Source of the DNA: Ramazzottius varieornatus
Taxonomy: Eukaryota; Animalia; Tardigrada
Length of the DNA: 64,000 nucleotides
Direction of reading: 5' to 3'
Assembly: GCA_001949185.1 (NCBI GenBank)
Contig: BDGG01000013.1
Coordinates: forward strand, 62,001-126,000
Part shown: positions 12,765 through 26,008 of the stretch, in pieces
Layout of the letters: each line of letters begins with the position of its first letter
How positions within the stretch are numbered: the stretch's first letter is position 1
Notes under the pieces: model-generated
Databases searched by the model: none
The model's input: only the letters and a program-made list of their open reading frames with translations
Told to the model about the DNA's origin: nothing
Position numbers and translations under genes: made by a program

Positions 12765-15610
12765 ATGTCGGCCTGGCGCGACCCAACCAAGCAGCAGCAG
12801 CAAGACTCTTCTTCCCTCATGGCCGATTACAACAATGGCGGCCAACCGACGGCCATCACTACACCCATCCCCTCGTCCTCCCCATCGGACTCGGAGTCCG
12901 CCGATAAGAACAGCGCCTCGAATATTGAATGTGTGGTTTGTGGCGACAAGTCCAGCGGGAAGCATTATGGACAGTATACTTGTGAAGGCTGCAAGTCCTT
13001 CTTCAAGCGCAGTGTCCGGCGGAATTTAACGTACCAGTGCAGGGGAAATAAGAACTGCCCCATTGATCAGCATCATCGCAATCAGTGCCAGTATTGCCGG
13101 CTGAAGAAATGCCTCAAAAATGGAATGCGCAAAGAAGGTCAGTCTGCGTAATTATAATGTCACTGCCGGTGATTAATCTTAACGCTCCGTCCATTACGCC
13201 AAATTCTACAAATACCTTTCCGATATCCATCTTCAACTTTCTAACTATCATCTTATGTTCAACGTTCGCCGTGCCGGTACCACGCACAAATAACTTTATA
13301 TCTTTTTTTTGTGAACCTTGAAAATTGTCTGGGCGAGAGAAAGGTTACAATGTTTGATCGACTGATTTTGAGAATAGACGGGTAAAAAATAAATGTTTAT
13401 GCTAATAGCTGTTCAACGCGGCCGCATCGCCAATCAAGGTATGTTGTCGGCGCAGTATCCTTTCGTCAATTGCGGAGTGAACGGGAGTTTCGGCTACCGC
13501 GAGTCGGCTTCATCGTATATTAGTCAGCTGATGCGTGCGGATGCTTACGTGCAGCCCGACCTGACTCGATACTACGGAGTCTATGCTGGCACCAACCTGA
13601 CAGCCGGGGGTATTTCCGACACCGCCGCGCAGATTCTGATGCAGTCCATCACCTGGTGTCGCTCCATTCCCTTCTTCAGCGACCTTCCACCCAACGATCG
13701 TTGGAGCCTCGTCAAGCACAGCTGGAGCGACCTCTTCCTCTTGACGGCGGCCCAACAGAGTTCGCTCACGGGACAATCCTTCATCGCCCAGTTCCTCACG
13801 GCTCAAAATCTCAGCACTTCCACGGCAGCCACCAACTACCAAGTGTACCAAAGCTACACTATGATTCAGGACCGTATTGACAAGCTCCGCAGTTTGCATC
13901 TTGATGCCGTGGAATATAACTGCCTCAAAGCAATTGCACTCTACTCTACAGGTAAAAAAAGCTCCCTACTTTTAATCGCTCAACGTTTACCAGTCAATCT
14001 AAGCGTAAGGAAATCTTGTGAATAATTCAAAATCATATTAACGGTCTTCCCGATAGGAAGTTCGCCAACCAAACTCGGCCAGTTCGTTCTCCCAAGGTGG
14101 CGTACTCTGTTTGTGATACAGGCCATGCATGTGCGCCGCTTGAGAAAGCGATCTTTCCAACGTTTTCAAGTGGCGCATGCTGTCAGCTAAAAGCCCTGTA
14201 AATGTGCGCCACTTGGAAAACGATCTGGTCGAATTCTTCTGCCGGGCTCCCGTGTGCTGAAAACCTTCCGGCCTATTTTTTGAGCTGCATACTAATAAAG
14301 ATAATATCTTGAAAAGTGGATAGTTTAGTCTGCAATTGGTCTTGGCTGGTAGAAAGATCGTCCACGGTGGTCGAAATCAGATCGCACACGTTGCTCTAAA
14401 TTCACCGCATAGTGCAAAACTTAAAGTGGGAAGGTCGGGGTGTGTGTATGTGTGTGCTATATGTGGGAACATTGAATTTACTTCGATCGCGGGTGCGGAA
14501 CAATGGATACAAGTAGGACAAAGGCGCCGAGCATTCCATGTCCATTATAGGCAACTCGAGGATATCGACTGTCTTTTCAAGTGTTGCTGTGCTGGCCCAG
14601 CAGTAGCGCAGCAAAGTCTTGCGGAATGAAATATACGTCGGCCAAAGTCAGATTATATGATGGGGGCTGTTCATTACCAATGACCGTAGCAAGGTGGCCA
14701 CTTGAAAGCCTGAGTCTATTCGGCCGTTTCTCCGGCCGACAATCCCCAAAGCAAAGCCGGCCATGAATGAATTTCCATGTCTCCCTTGATTGATAAACAG
14801 AGTTAGCCAACGTCGCGTATTTTAAAGTTAGTCTGACTATAGGCCGATTACGCTCCAAAGTTCCCGCAGGCGCAAGATCGAGCAAGCAAGATGATGGAGC
14901 ATGTGGACATAACGTATTATCAACGTATTATCAACTTGATGTTACCATAAAGAGCTCATCGTCAGCGATAGAAATGTCCCGATAACTGCGCATTACGCAC
15001 TGCCCATACTCTACAGAATTTCAAAATATAGACTGAACGCTACTTGCCTCCAAGGCAAACATCCACAAACGAGCAGTTAAGATCATCGTTCTCTTGCGAC
15101 TAATAATCGTCTTTGTAATTTACAATGGGAAAATTGCCCACAAGCCATAAGTTACCGACTGGTCAAATACTTCAGGAAACCTAGAAAAGATTAAAATGCA
15201 TTATAAAATATCAACTAAAGAATTGAAATAAGGTCGACAATGAATAAAAAATCAAAAAGTGTTCATAATAAATAAGTGACTTTTTTCTTGTTGTAGATGC
15301 GCCACAGTTGAGCGATCCATCCTACATCGAAATGATCCAAGAGAAGTCGCAGTGCGCGCTGGAAGAGTATATCCGGACGAGGTTGGAGTACGGCGGACCC
15401 AACAGTACACGAGCCGGCCGGCTCTTGCTTCGTCTGCCTTCACTGCGAGCCATCAACAGTCCCCTGCTGGAGAGCCTCTTCTTTTCGCGCCTGATGAAGC
15501 CTGTCAACCTGGACCACCTCTTGCGCGAACTCCTCCTGAATGGCTCTTCCAACGGCGGCTTCGGCGCATGGTCAGCCTATGGCATGACACCCGCCCTGAC
15601 GGCTTGCTGA
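12765..15610 (+). CDS. NR2F: COUP-TF / seven-up-like orphan nuclear receptor (NR2F); exons 12765-13137, 13409-13951, 15297-15610
   Basis: N-terminal WRDP motif. C4 zinc-finger [38 protein letters not shown]...[19 protein letters not shown]. Splicing restores MRKE/AVQRGR. LBD motifs [34 protein letters not shown] introns with consistent phase 1; AATAAA at 15840. Confidence 0.95.
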
Positions 15611-18600
15611 GAAATATATTTAGCATTAGCGTCTTCTTGACTCCCTCAACAAAACTGACCTCTGTTCTTTTACTCAGTTCCTCCAGAAATCCTATGCGGA
15701 ATATGAACGTGACTTATCAAGTATCTAATATTCATTCGGTTATCCCCTACTCCAAATTAATTCTCTGGCAGTATTTCCCTGTCGTTCTTGTGATAAATCG
15801 CATCGAACCAGTTTAAACGTCAAACCTCACCGCAAGCGAAATAAAATACTCAGTGAGTATCAGACAAGGTCTTTTCTGGTAACGCGCAGCTAGGATCAAA
15901 TTTTGAAACTTCTCAGGTGGTCCAGGGCGTTGATCGCGAGACAGAAAAGGAACCGACCGAAAAGCCGAAAGTGTTATAGAAAGCTGAGAATGAAAGGAAG
16001 GATAATTTGCCGCTGCAAGGTTTAATTGATTGGAATGGAATTATAATTTCTGGGCCATCCGTTCTTCAGCTCGTGAGGATGCAGTGAGTTGTTCATTCAT
16101 ACCGCCACAAGAATTTTCAATGGAGTTGTTTCTCTTTGGTCGCCCGGTAAGTGTATTGTCTTGGCATATCAGACTACAGGGACTCCAGATCTGGGACTTA
16201 CTACAAGTATACAACTCGCTCTAACTCGCCAGCTAAAATTCTCTTCCCCTACAGAAAAAAGTCTCCAACTACTTTCATAATTGCGGTGGATAATATCTTT
16301 GGCTATATCGAAGTATTCGGTATACAATTTGCCCGCTTTTGTCGGTTATGTTGGATCTGTAGTGCAATGGAGAATGAAGCGAAGGTCGAATGACTTGTGT
16401 TAGAACACTTTCAGTACAGTGGGCGGATAGTTTTTTTTCAAGTAGTCGAATCATATTTCTGGTGGTATGATGTGGTATGTGATTTCGAATGAAATATTAC
16501 CCCGGTGTCAGCGATACATATGGGGGGATCGGTTGAGGAAGCGTGGTTGTTCCCAGGTAAGGCAAGCGTGAAGTGATGTAAAGTTACCCAACAGCTGCCG
16601 TCGTCTCCCATGGCCAGATTATAAGTCACGGCCAGTTATGCCTCCAATGTCACATGCCTGTGAGCCCTGGGTGTTAATCATGGAAATTGCACATCTTGAT
16701 TGTGTCAGTATGTTAGCGGATATCTCTTTCACGTGCCGTCGAGCTTTCACCTGCCGCCCATATGCATCGGCCAGTCATGAGACAGAGATACGACAAGATA
16801 AATGCAGGTAATGGTACGTTATACTTTAATCATCGGTTATGATTTGTGCTGCTGTCTTGTCATTCTTCCCTTCCTCCACCTTGATTTTAAAATCACGCTG
16901 CCTTAATTGTCCTCTCATCCATTGTGGGATGACGCCGCGCCTTAAACCTTCCACTCTGCGTACGGGGTCCTCTCTGTCTCTAACTTTTCTTTAAAATGTA
17001 GAGAGTGTCTTTAAGGCGCTTTGCATCAGTAATCATGGCCCATGCATGCATGCAGATGAGCCGGAGAGGAAACGGCCTGCTTGTGTGTGGAGAAATCTGA
17101 GGATGGTTGGGTTCAGTGGAGCGTGGAAGAAAATGGCAGGCAAATAGCCCCGGCATTATTCATTCTTATAATAACTCCAGACTACAAACGCCAAGGTCGC
17201 ATTTTGACGCTTGACTGATAAACCGCCACTATGCACAATTTTACAGTATCCGAAAAGACTCGTCTTTTGGTTCTTTTCGAATATGTGTACCCATGTACTT
17301 GTCTCAAAGATCAAGCCATGCAAAGGCCAGTAGAAAAAGTCACCACAAGCAATTTGCAGGCGAGTGTGCGCGAACACTAGACAAGTTGGGACAGCAAACC
17401 CGTCAATCGACAAGGCGATAATCAAGCTGGCAATGTCGACAAAAATGGCGAAAGAGGTCTGCATATCTGACATGTCAAATTGGATGAAGCAAACGCTTGG
17501 TGAGCCTTGTGACCCAACCCGGTGGCAAGGTCCTTGGCGACAAACGTATTCCGAAAAGAGCACAATTGCCTGGTTGCAACGGCGTAATGAGGTTACGAAC
17601 TCTTCCTTTTCTTTCTTCACTTTCGGATTCGTCAAGATTGTTTTGTAAATGATGCATTTAATTAGCTGACACCACTAGGATGGCGCACCACTTGAAGAAC
17701 AATACTGTCGAGATTTCTAGGCGGCGCACACTTCCAGACAGTAATACCGACAAGGTGCGCCACTTGAGATAACAATCAGCTTGCGTTTTTACACAGAGCA
17801 GAAAATATCTCGTTGTTTTATTCGGACAAAAAACTGAAAGAACTCGGGTTTAAGATTCTGTTACATAAAAGGCTATTTGGAAATTTGTTTGTATTTCACA
17901 TGGCGGCAAGTAAAGACAATAAATAAACATTCAGCGCATGTCTGATATGGCTCGTCGTATCCCAATCAGGTTCTACAAGGCATATCACAGTACAGTTTGA
18001 TGGGTTATAACGCGACGGGTGGGCGCGTGCAGGCTGTGGAGTCTGTATAATCTTCCTTGACGCAGACACATTCGGCGAGTAAATAAAAAAGGTGTAAACA
18101 AGCTGGTAGCTGTCATCAACATCGCACGCGTATGTCGATAAGTCCCCATCAGTCGACCAGCTCTTATTGCATAGTGTACAGAGTGGCTTCATGAAAGATA
18201 TCAGTCTTGGAAATCGATCTAGCTGGGAAAAGTCAGATCTATGTGGTACGGCGCATCAAGGCAATTTTAAAATTAGCACAAAATGTAAGCCAAGCTGAAG
18301 ATGTCGGCCACATGTGATGTTCTTCTTCTCCTCTGCTTCATCCTCTGCGTATCTTGCATATCCAGTCAACTCCGCATACTGCACGCATAATAATCATGGC
18401 ATAAGAGATACGGTAGCTCGACAACAAACTCGATCAGATATCTTTTCCCAAGTGGCGCACGCTTCCATCCAATAATACTACAAACTTGCGCCACTTTGGA
18501 AACGGATCTGGTTGGAAGTGTGTGCCGAGCTCCCGTGAGTCGCCGCCAGCACAGATTAATGAAGCCGAATTTATATGACAGTGTGGGTTGGTGGAAAAAA

Positions 18601-19977
18601 TTGCATGGATCGTCTTTAGGAATCTTTGCTTGTTGAAGTTCCGATTGGTGATTGGGCTGCGGATCCGGAGTGAGTACAAGGAGCCCGCAGAGACAGTCAC
18701 CTGCATCCACCTCAGGGCTGCTTGTTCAGCCCGCCTTTGCGCCGCTAGTCTCCCTTCTCAATAGTACAAACGAAGATGAGAATGATCTGAGCAATCGTCG
18801 AAACAATTAACTATTGTTGACTAATCTTGGGATTAATCTCCACATTCCCTTCTTGACGATCACTTAAAGTCGCGCGGGTCGCACGGGCCTGCCATAATCT
18901 TCAACCATTCATACTTGCTTCTCTCCCTCCAGCTACGACCGAAATAACGCGCGAAAGCCTTTCTGTTCTTGGCGTTTTTCAACAAAATGCGATACTAGAG
19001 ATAATTTTCTACAAGTTTGGGACTTCGATTTGGCTCGATTATGCACCAATGGAGAAGGCACACTACTGACTACGTGGTGGCTACGTCGAGAGTCGCCGAG
19101 ATCTCCGCGCGTGTGAATGGGTCTTCCGCTTAATTTCCGTCTCTAACAACGCTACAAACAATCAGCCCTGATTACTATCAACGACCAATCGAGGCCGAGA
19201 AACGATTACGGCGCAGTCAAATTTTAAATTGTATTAGGGAGATATTCAGTGCATTTATGATTGCGCTTTGGACTGCACGACATGATCCGGACAATCGAAG
19301 TAAGGCAGAACGCACTGGCCTGCTGCGCTCCGATGCTTCCGACAATAACAAAGTCCTCCCGCACAGACGCACATTGCTGTATCCGAAAAATACATCAACA
19401 GGCTTTTCGTTTGTTCTGTCTATATTTCCAGAATCTACAATCTTGACTGAAAAAAAGCGTGATTGTGGTGCAGTGCATGCTGAACGATTCTGCGCCATTT
19501 TTTTGGCATAATGCTAAAAGGTGGTAAACTAGTCAGGGTGTCAGAAAGATTTTTATGCAGTGAGCGCCGTACGTGCAAAACACTTCACGGGACCGACTGA
19601 AGAGGGATCCCGTTGATAGGAAAGTAACCACACGCTGGCCTCTCCGGATACTTCACTCCCTCTTTCTGGAATTTCGGACCCACCATACTGCAAATATTAA
19701 TTAGAACGGATTGTACGCACACAGTTTCTTCAACGGAAAGTTAACGAGAGATACCTGCTGGTAAATTCTCTTGCTCCTTGACGTTTGCATTAAATTGGTC
19801 TTAGAGATGACTTACTTCAACAGAGTAAGCAGCGAAGTAATCTCGTTCATAGTAGGCTTTCGATGATCGTGTTTCCCAGCTAAAAAGTACGACAGCTGGT
19901 ATTGGACGTGGCGTCTACTAAAGCTTTGCAGTATAGCGGCAGCATCGTGCGCTCGTTTTATGAATTTAAATTAAGCT

Positions 19978-20263
19978 GGAGCAAGCGTTGGTGACCTGCG
20001 ATGGGGCGCGAGGTCAGGCTAGTGGAAGACTGGCTGATTGCCATTCTATAATGAGGTCGTGATCTCGCCTTTCCTTCCGCCTCTACTTCCAACAACGGCC
20101 TGCCTTCCTTCCCCTCCACATTCATAATCCATCCATATGCATATGCCATTCTCTTTTTCCATCCTTCCCTTCGCTCTCTAGTTTATTCATATTTTAAACT
20201 TGCCATCCCGCCAGATGTTTCCTCGATCCATCGGCCGGCAGTCAGCGTCGTCCCAGTTCGTGA
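19978..20263. repeat. Direct repeat copy 1 (~200 bp near-identical core plus diverged tail); copy 2 at 24364-24652
   Basis: GGAGCAAGCGTTGGTGACCTGCGATGGGG...CCATCCTTCC is essentially identical at offset 4386. The ORF track gives the same peptide for both copies. Confidence 0.9.
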
Positions 20264-22960
20264 CAGGTCGATGGATGAGGCACGATCCAGCTGGAACAGA
20301 GTCATCGATGGTCATACATTCAATTGCCAGCGATATTGAAGGTTATGACAGTCGCTTCAGCTCTTTGCTTCATGTCAAACCTACTTAGTACATAGTTCGC
20401 CATCGGCTGCCAAAATGGCAGAATAAACTCCTAGAACCGATCGTAGAAAGAGACTGCTTTTCCGGCAAAGTATCTTCGGCAGACGTCTTTGCAACTTAGC
20501 TTTACCGATGTGAAATACAATAGAGTCTGTATTTTGTCATCGAGCAAGAAAGAAATGTAAGCTGTTTTCTCAGTGTGGTGATGCTGGGTATTCGCTCTCC
20601 AGAACCCTAACGACCAATGGGAATCGCTCGATGGATGTATCAAATATCCAGTAATGGAGCGCACCAAGCGGTATCACAAATGAGTACGTACTGCAGCAGC
20701 GGAAAGGGAATCTGGAGGACGAGTGAATGGTTTGTGGGCAAATGGCGACGGAAACGACATTGTCATGAGTAACTGCCATCGATCAACGTCACGCACAGTT
20801 CGCTCTGTTGACCTCTTCCTCCAAACGATAAAGGGGGAGCATTCTTTCCGGACGGTTTTCCAAGCGGTCCAAGTCTTTGGTGCTGCTGGCTAGAAGCGTG
20901 CGCGGCTTGGAAAGACGATCTTGTCGAGCTCTTAAATGATGGCAATTTTGGAATTGTGAAATCTGCAAGATGTACGATGCGAAGCCTTTCTTTCCGTCGG
21001 AGAGGTACGGTGAATCATCGCTGCAGGTCATTTTAAAAGTATAGTTACGGTGGTGATTTTATGGGTTTTTAATGGCTTTTAAAGGAGAGGAGAGGTAGTG
21101 GGAGGCGCTGTCTTGGGCATTGTTCAAGTCCCGTGCGACCTGCGTGACCTGGAGCGTCTCAGACACCAAGGCCTCAATCAAGCAGCGCAAAGCTTAAGCC
21201 AGATTAGATGACAATAACTAATTGTCTCTCTTCATTGCTCAGATTATTCTCATCTTCATTCGTCCCATTCATTCATCGGCTCACCGGCAGTCAAGTGTTG
21301 ATTCAAAACTTTCAGACTGACAACCACCATCGTCACAGGTGAGCGCGCCTTTCTGCGGTTTCTGTGAGCCAACCATAAGCTCATTCCTCTCATCCAGACA
21401 TACCACACGACTAAAACTTCGACCTCGCATTTCAACGTCAGTATTTCCGAGATCTGGTTATTCCACGAAAATAATGCAAACCGTAAACAGACTCAAGTTG
21501 CAAGTTCGAGCATGCTAACTCGACCAGATTCGTTTCCCAAGTGACGCAGGTTATCAGTGTTATTGGCTGGAAGCCTACGCCACGCGGAGAAACGATCTGG
21601 ACAAGTTTTCTTGTCGATCTCTGAACTCCCCTTCTAAATCTGTTTCCTTCATGGGTTTGACTTTGCCTAAGTCGGCATACGATGGAGTACCGGACGATCC
21701 GCTGAGAATTACAAATTCTAGAATAGATATAGGTGCGACGTTGAACTTTCTCAAGATCTAACCTAATGACCCGTTATGATATCTGGACAATGAAATGTTC
21801 GAAATTGCCTTGATTTCCTCATGTACAGCTTCGGCACTGTGGTGACCGCCGGTCACACAGTGAGCATGCAACCTGAAAGACTGATTACGCCTTGTACGGA
21901 TGCGCATACGCCCAGTGTTCCATCGAAAGTTGCGGTGTGTGATGTTGACTGCTTGTTTAGTGTCAAATGAAGGTGAGAAGGAGGTGTTGAATGGACAATC
22001 ATCCTTTTGGCATAACGCATCCTCTGTTGACTGTCCACATCGTACGATACGAGATATGCGTATCGGTCCACCCTCGTCCCTCAAATATTTGTCCGATTAC
22101 CTTCATCGCCAACTTTACCGAGATTGAGTTACACATCGGTATGTCGCGTTGTGGTCTGTGCACGTGAGATGTTTAACTCATTCAATATGGGCGGTGATGC
22201 TCGCATTCCCTTGATGAGATTGAAAGTCTGGAGAGTGATATGCAATGGGCAGAGAACATTAAAGGGCGGCCATCAAAAGGAGCGGAGTGTGCACTTGATC
22301 GACCACCCTTGTCTTATACTCGACGCTGACTGTAGAAAATGTCATTAATATTAATGTAATTCCACAGCTACGCACTTGATTCTCAGACACAATCGAATGG
22401 GAAGAATATTGCGGCTTGATTGAAACTTAGCATAACTTTGAATCTGTTCGCACGCATGTAAACTTTCGGGCTCGAATCAATCTTCAATAGTCATATACAC
22501 ATTTTCGCAGTTTCGCTTCCCGAAGCTGAAAAGTCCAAACGAAGGGTCCACGGTAGGTGGAGACAGTGACAGCGGTGGACTCGGCTCAACTGCGGGAGCC
22601 TTGCAGATGTTAGGGCAGCAAGTATCGATGTCGCAAAGAGTCATGGAAAATGTCTGCTCTTCTTGACCTAAAATTCTTCATTGTCCCCACTATTTTGAGT
22701 TGGAGTAGTATTGATACATAAGGTGAAATGCAAATGGCGTGCAGGTCAACTGTATCCAGCACGACCTGTATAATCGAAAGATCGTTCCACGACCTTGCTG
22801 AACCTCGAATTCATCTCTGCATAACTGATCGGCCAATTTCTTCGAACAACATTCTTCTCGTGTATATTTAACCTAATCCTTCTGAACGGTTGTGTGCACA
22901 ACAGACGACTTTTGCATGGTAGTCGAGAATTTTTTCTGACTAAAAACAACATTCGCTATT

Positions 22961-23160
22961 TGGGAGGCCGGCAAACGGAGGTACAAGATCGTAATAGTAA
23001 GTGGCGCACATCTCCAGCCACCAGCAGTGTAAACGTACGCCACTTGGGAGAACCAAGCTGGCCGAGCTGCTTTTCCAAGTCGTGAACACTCTCAGCCTAC
23101 AAACCGAAAACTTGCGCCACTTGATAACAAGACTCTTGCGTTTCGTTTGCCTGCCTCCCA
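22961..23160. mobile_element. Representative full-length copy of the palindromic AAGTGGCGCAC MITE family
   Basis: Terminal inverted repeats TGGGAGGCCGGCAAACG / CGTTTGCCTGCCTCCCA enclose two hairpin modules. Similar complete copies at ~27225-27409 and ~62832-63028. Confidence 0.8.
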
Positions 23161-24363
23161 TTTTGCATAACTGCTCCAATCAGACTTTCTGCTTACGCTT
23201 GTATTGTATGCTTAGACGACTTGGAATAAAAAAGAATAAAACTGATTATAAAATATTTCTATGAGGTGGCGCTTCTGTTCATGGACACTTGACTTGGGTA
23301 CGTCAATCCAATTTAGTCTAAAAGCAACAACACAGCTGGTGACATGCTCCATGGTGCACTCCAATTGCACATATATCGACCAGATTATTCAAAGGCACGG
23401 CAAGTCAAATTTTAAATCGCATTATGAAATATGCTCGTATTTATGATTGAGGCCGTCTGCACGATATGCAGATTCATTCGCGCTTCAATTCCGCCGACAC
23501 AAACATCAGTCTTCGTCCCTCGGTGCAGCAAGGCGGACACGATTGTACAAGGAAGCATGTCCGTTCGGAGACTTCAGTGAAGCTTCCTTTGTTTCGTTTG
23601 GAAAAACACTTGTTGTGTCTCTTGAAGTTGGACTGGATACTTTATCTGTCAGCCAGAAGGTGCCTGCTCAGCGCCACTTGCGCAGCATATGCAAAACACT
23701 TGACGGCAAACTTTCAAGAGGTCTCCCTTGCCTATCAAAATATATATTCTCAACACTAACTGTGCCTTACTAAATCTAGTATACATTATGGCGATGTTTC
23801 AAGTTCCAACACGGCTGCTGTCAATGTACTGCATTGAAAGAAATGAATATGAAAGTAGCGCTTGTGTTGCCACCACTGGAACCGTACTACGCAAAGTCAA
23901 ATGGGTGATGACTGCGAGCTGCAACTTTCCGCTTCTGAGATGCATAAAAGAATGAGTGTCCTTTAAACTTACGGCATTCATATTTATCTCCTTGAAAAAT
24001 AAGGGTTGGTGCTGTAAAGTTGCGAGATTATAATGAAGCAAAAGCTCCACATTTGCGCAGAGGAGAGCGTATTGTATAACGTGACGTAAGAATGTTGATC
24101 TTGTTGGTGTGTAAACGAATCGCGGAGGAATGCTACCAATACCGATGACATTTACCAGTCAGGTGTGATATCTTATCAAACATCAGACCCTTTGCAAGTG
24201 GCGAAAGTTCACCGGTTGTGTACAGGCTCGAATCCTTCTATGAAAACATTTGATTCCTGTCTAAAGTTTACACTGCGAACTGTTCACGCTGCACAGTAGC
24301 AGCAAAGCTGATGGCAGCTGTTAAAAATCAGCACGCTTCGACGTAGCTAGACCAGACAAAGCC

Positions 24364-24652
24364 GGAGCAAGCGTTGGTGACCTGCGATGGGGCGCGAGGT
24401 CAGGCTAGTGGAAGACTGGCTGATTGCCATTCTATAATGAGGTCGTGATCTCGCCTTTCCTTCCGCCTCTACTTCCAACAACGGCCTGCCTTCCTTCCCC
24501 TCCACATTCATAATCCATCCATATGCATATGCCATTCTCTTTTTCCATCCTTCCTTTCGCTCTACAAACTAGTCATATTTTAAACTTTCCATCTAGCCAG
24601 ATGTTCCGCCCATCCATCAGGCTGCAGTTAGCGACGTCCCAGTAGTTCGTGA
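24364..24652. repeat. Direct repeat copy 2 of 19978-20263
   Basis: Same sequence as copy 1 over ~200 bp, then ~80 bp of diverged homology. Confidence 0.9.
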
Positions 24653-24976
24653 TGAATCGGGCTCGTTCGTGATGGAGTTCTCGAACGCAGAAAGATTTAA
24701 TACTGCTGTATTGCGATCTCTGAGGCAAGAAGACGCCCTCTACGCAAACCGTTGACTGAGGCACTACCTTTCAAAAACTCATTTAGCTCTCACTCGAATT
24801 CGTTTCCGTTCTTGTGTCTGAATGTCGCAACAGTAAATCTTGGCTATATCAAAGCATGCAGAATTAGTACAGCTGGTAAATTGAGAGGCGCTCAAAATTT
24901 TAGGATAGCAACTGTGTTATCATATTTGTTAGGTTTAATTGCTGCAGTAAACAGCAGAACTGTCTCTTTTAGGCGG

Positions 24977-25536
24977 TTAGTCTCCATCCCATTCTCCGGA
25001 CCTAAAAAGTACACCAAATCCTTCGGTTGTCACAGGAGACAATTGACATGGCGGCTTGCTTGGCCGATACATGCAAGTTCCCGCAGATGGCAGCACGGTA
25101 ACACAAAGGAGTTCGACTAGGTAATGGACAAAACAAAGACACATCATGAGGTACTTACAGGCTAGCTTGGCCACCAGCAAACATAGGAGCCTAAAACATT
25201 ACACCGATACATATCAGCAGGACGAAACTCTTCCCCAGCAGATGGTCGGCAGAAGTATGCGCCCACGTACCATGATGGAAGCAGCGGCGGCCTTTGCAGG
25301 GTCCGGTTGGGAAGCACTGCCACCATTGCCGTTATTCCACCCGTTGTTGTTGTCGTTGTTATTGTTACCGCTACCGTAGAATCCTTGATCTGCCGAGTTA
25401 TCGTACCAAGCAGAAACCAGGTTCGTCTACAAAGATACAGGCTTCGAACTAGAATATCCTGTCTTTTGAAACCGCTTTCATTTCAACTCACCGTCAGCAG
25501 AGCAAAGACAAGGACTAAAGCGGCCAAGTGCATCAT
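24977..25536 (-). CDS. Small secreted Asn/Gly-rich protein, 85 aa; exons 25536-25492, 25426-25271, 25190-25159, 25001-24977
   Basis: Spliced product MMHLAALVLVFALLTTNLVSAWYDNSADQGFYGSGNNNNDNNNGWNNGNGGSASQPDPAKAAAASIMAPMFAGGQASLSGEWDGD*. Donors GTGAGT, GTACGT, GTAAGT; acceptors TTTGTAG, TTTTAG, TTTTTAG; phases are consistent. Hydrophobic signal peptide ending in VSA. Confidence 0.78.
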
Positions 25537-26008
25537 TATGGATCCCATAATTCGAGAAGGAAACATACCAAGTCGATGGTGACCTTTGACGTCTCTAAAT
25601 TCAAAATGGCAGCTTCCTCAAGGTTATGTTACGACCGAAGCCTATTCTGTACCAACCCCAGTTCTGCTTCCAAGGTTGGTTCGCTTCGCCAGCGTCTTTC
25701 TTTGAAGTGTAACAAAATCACGAGAAGTTTCGCCAATGTCAGCTCAAACATGCAAATCCAACAATTTTTTTAGCTTGTGAGCCACGAAGTCACATCCGTG
25801 GAAGACAGGCGGTACTCCAAATCAAGTGGAAAAAAATGATAACTTTTTCTCGTCAGCACATTGTTCGAGCAAACTTTGAGCAGCTAACTGTCCGAGTGTG
25901 ATTTCCTCGTTAACGTGGTTTCAAGGTTGCTTCGTCCTTCTTTCTAGTGACCTTTTGTGAGAAGAACGGGAGAAGCTGCGGAGATTACAACCAGAAAGAC
26001 CAGCGACC

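Noticed and set aside
17156-17657. ORFs of 159 and 94 aa
   Set aside because: No domain similarity or convincing gene structure.
19958-20149. Duplicated 62-63 aa ORF MAYAYGWIM... (also 24347-24535)
   Set aside because: Identity reflects the DNA duplication. There is no synonymous divergence, splice context or domain to support coding.
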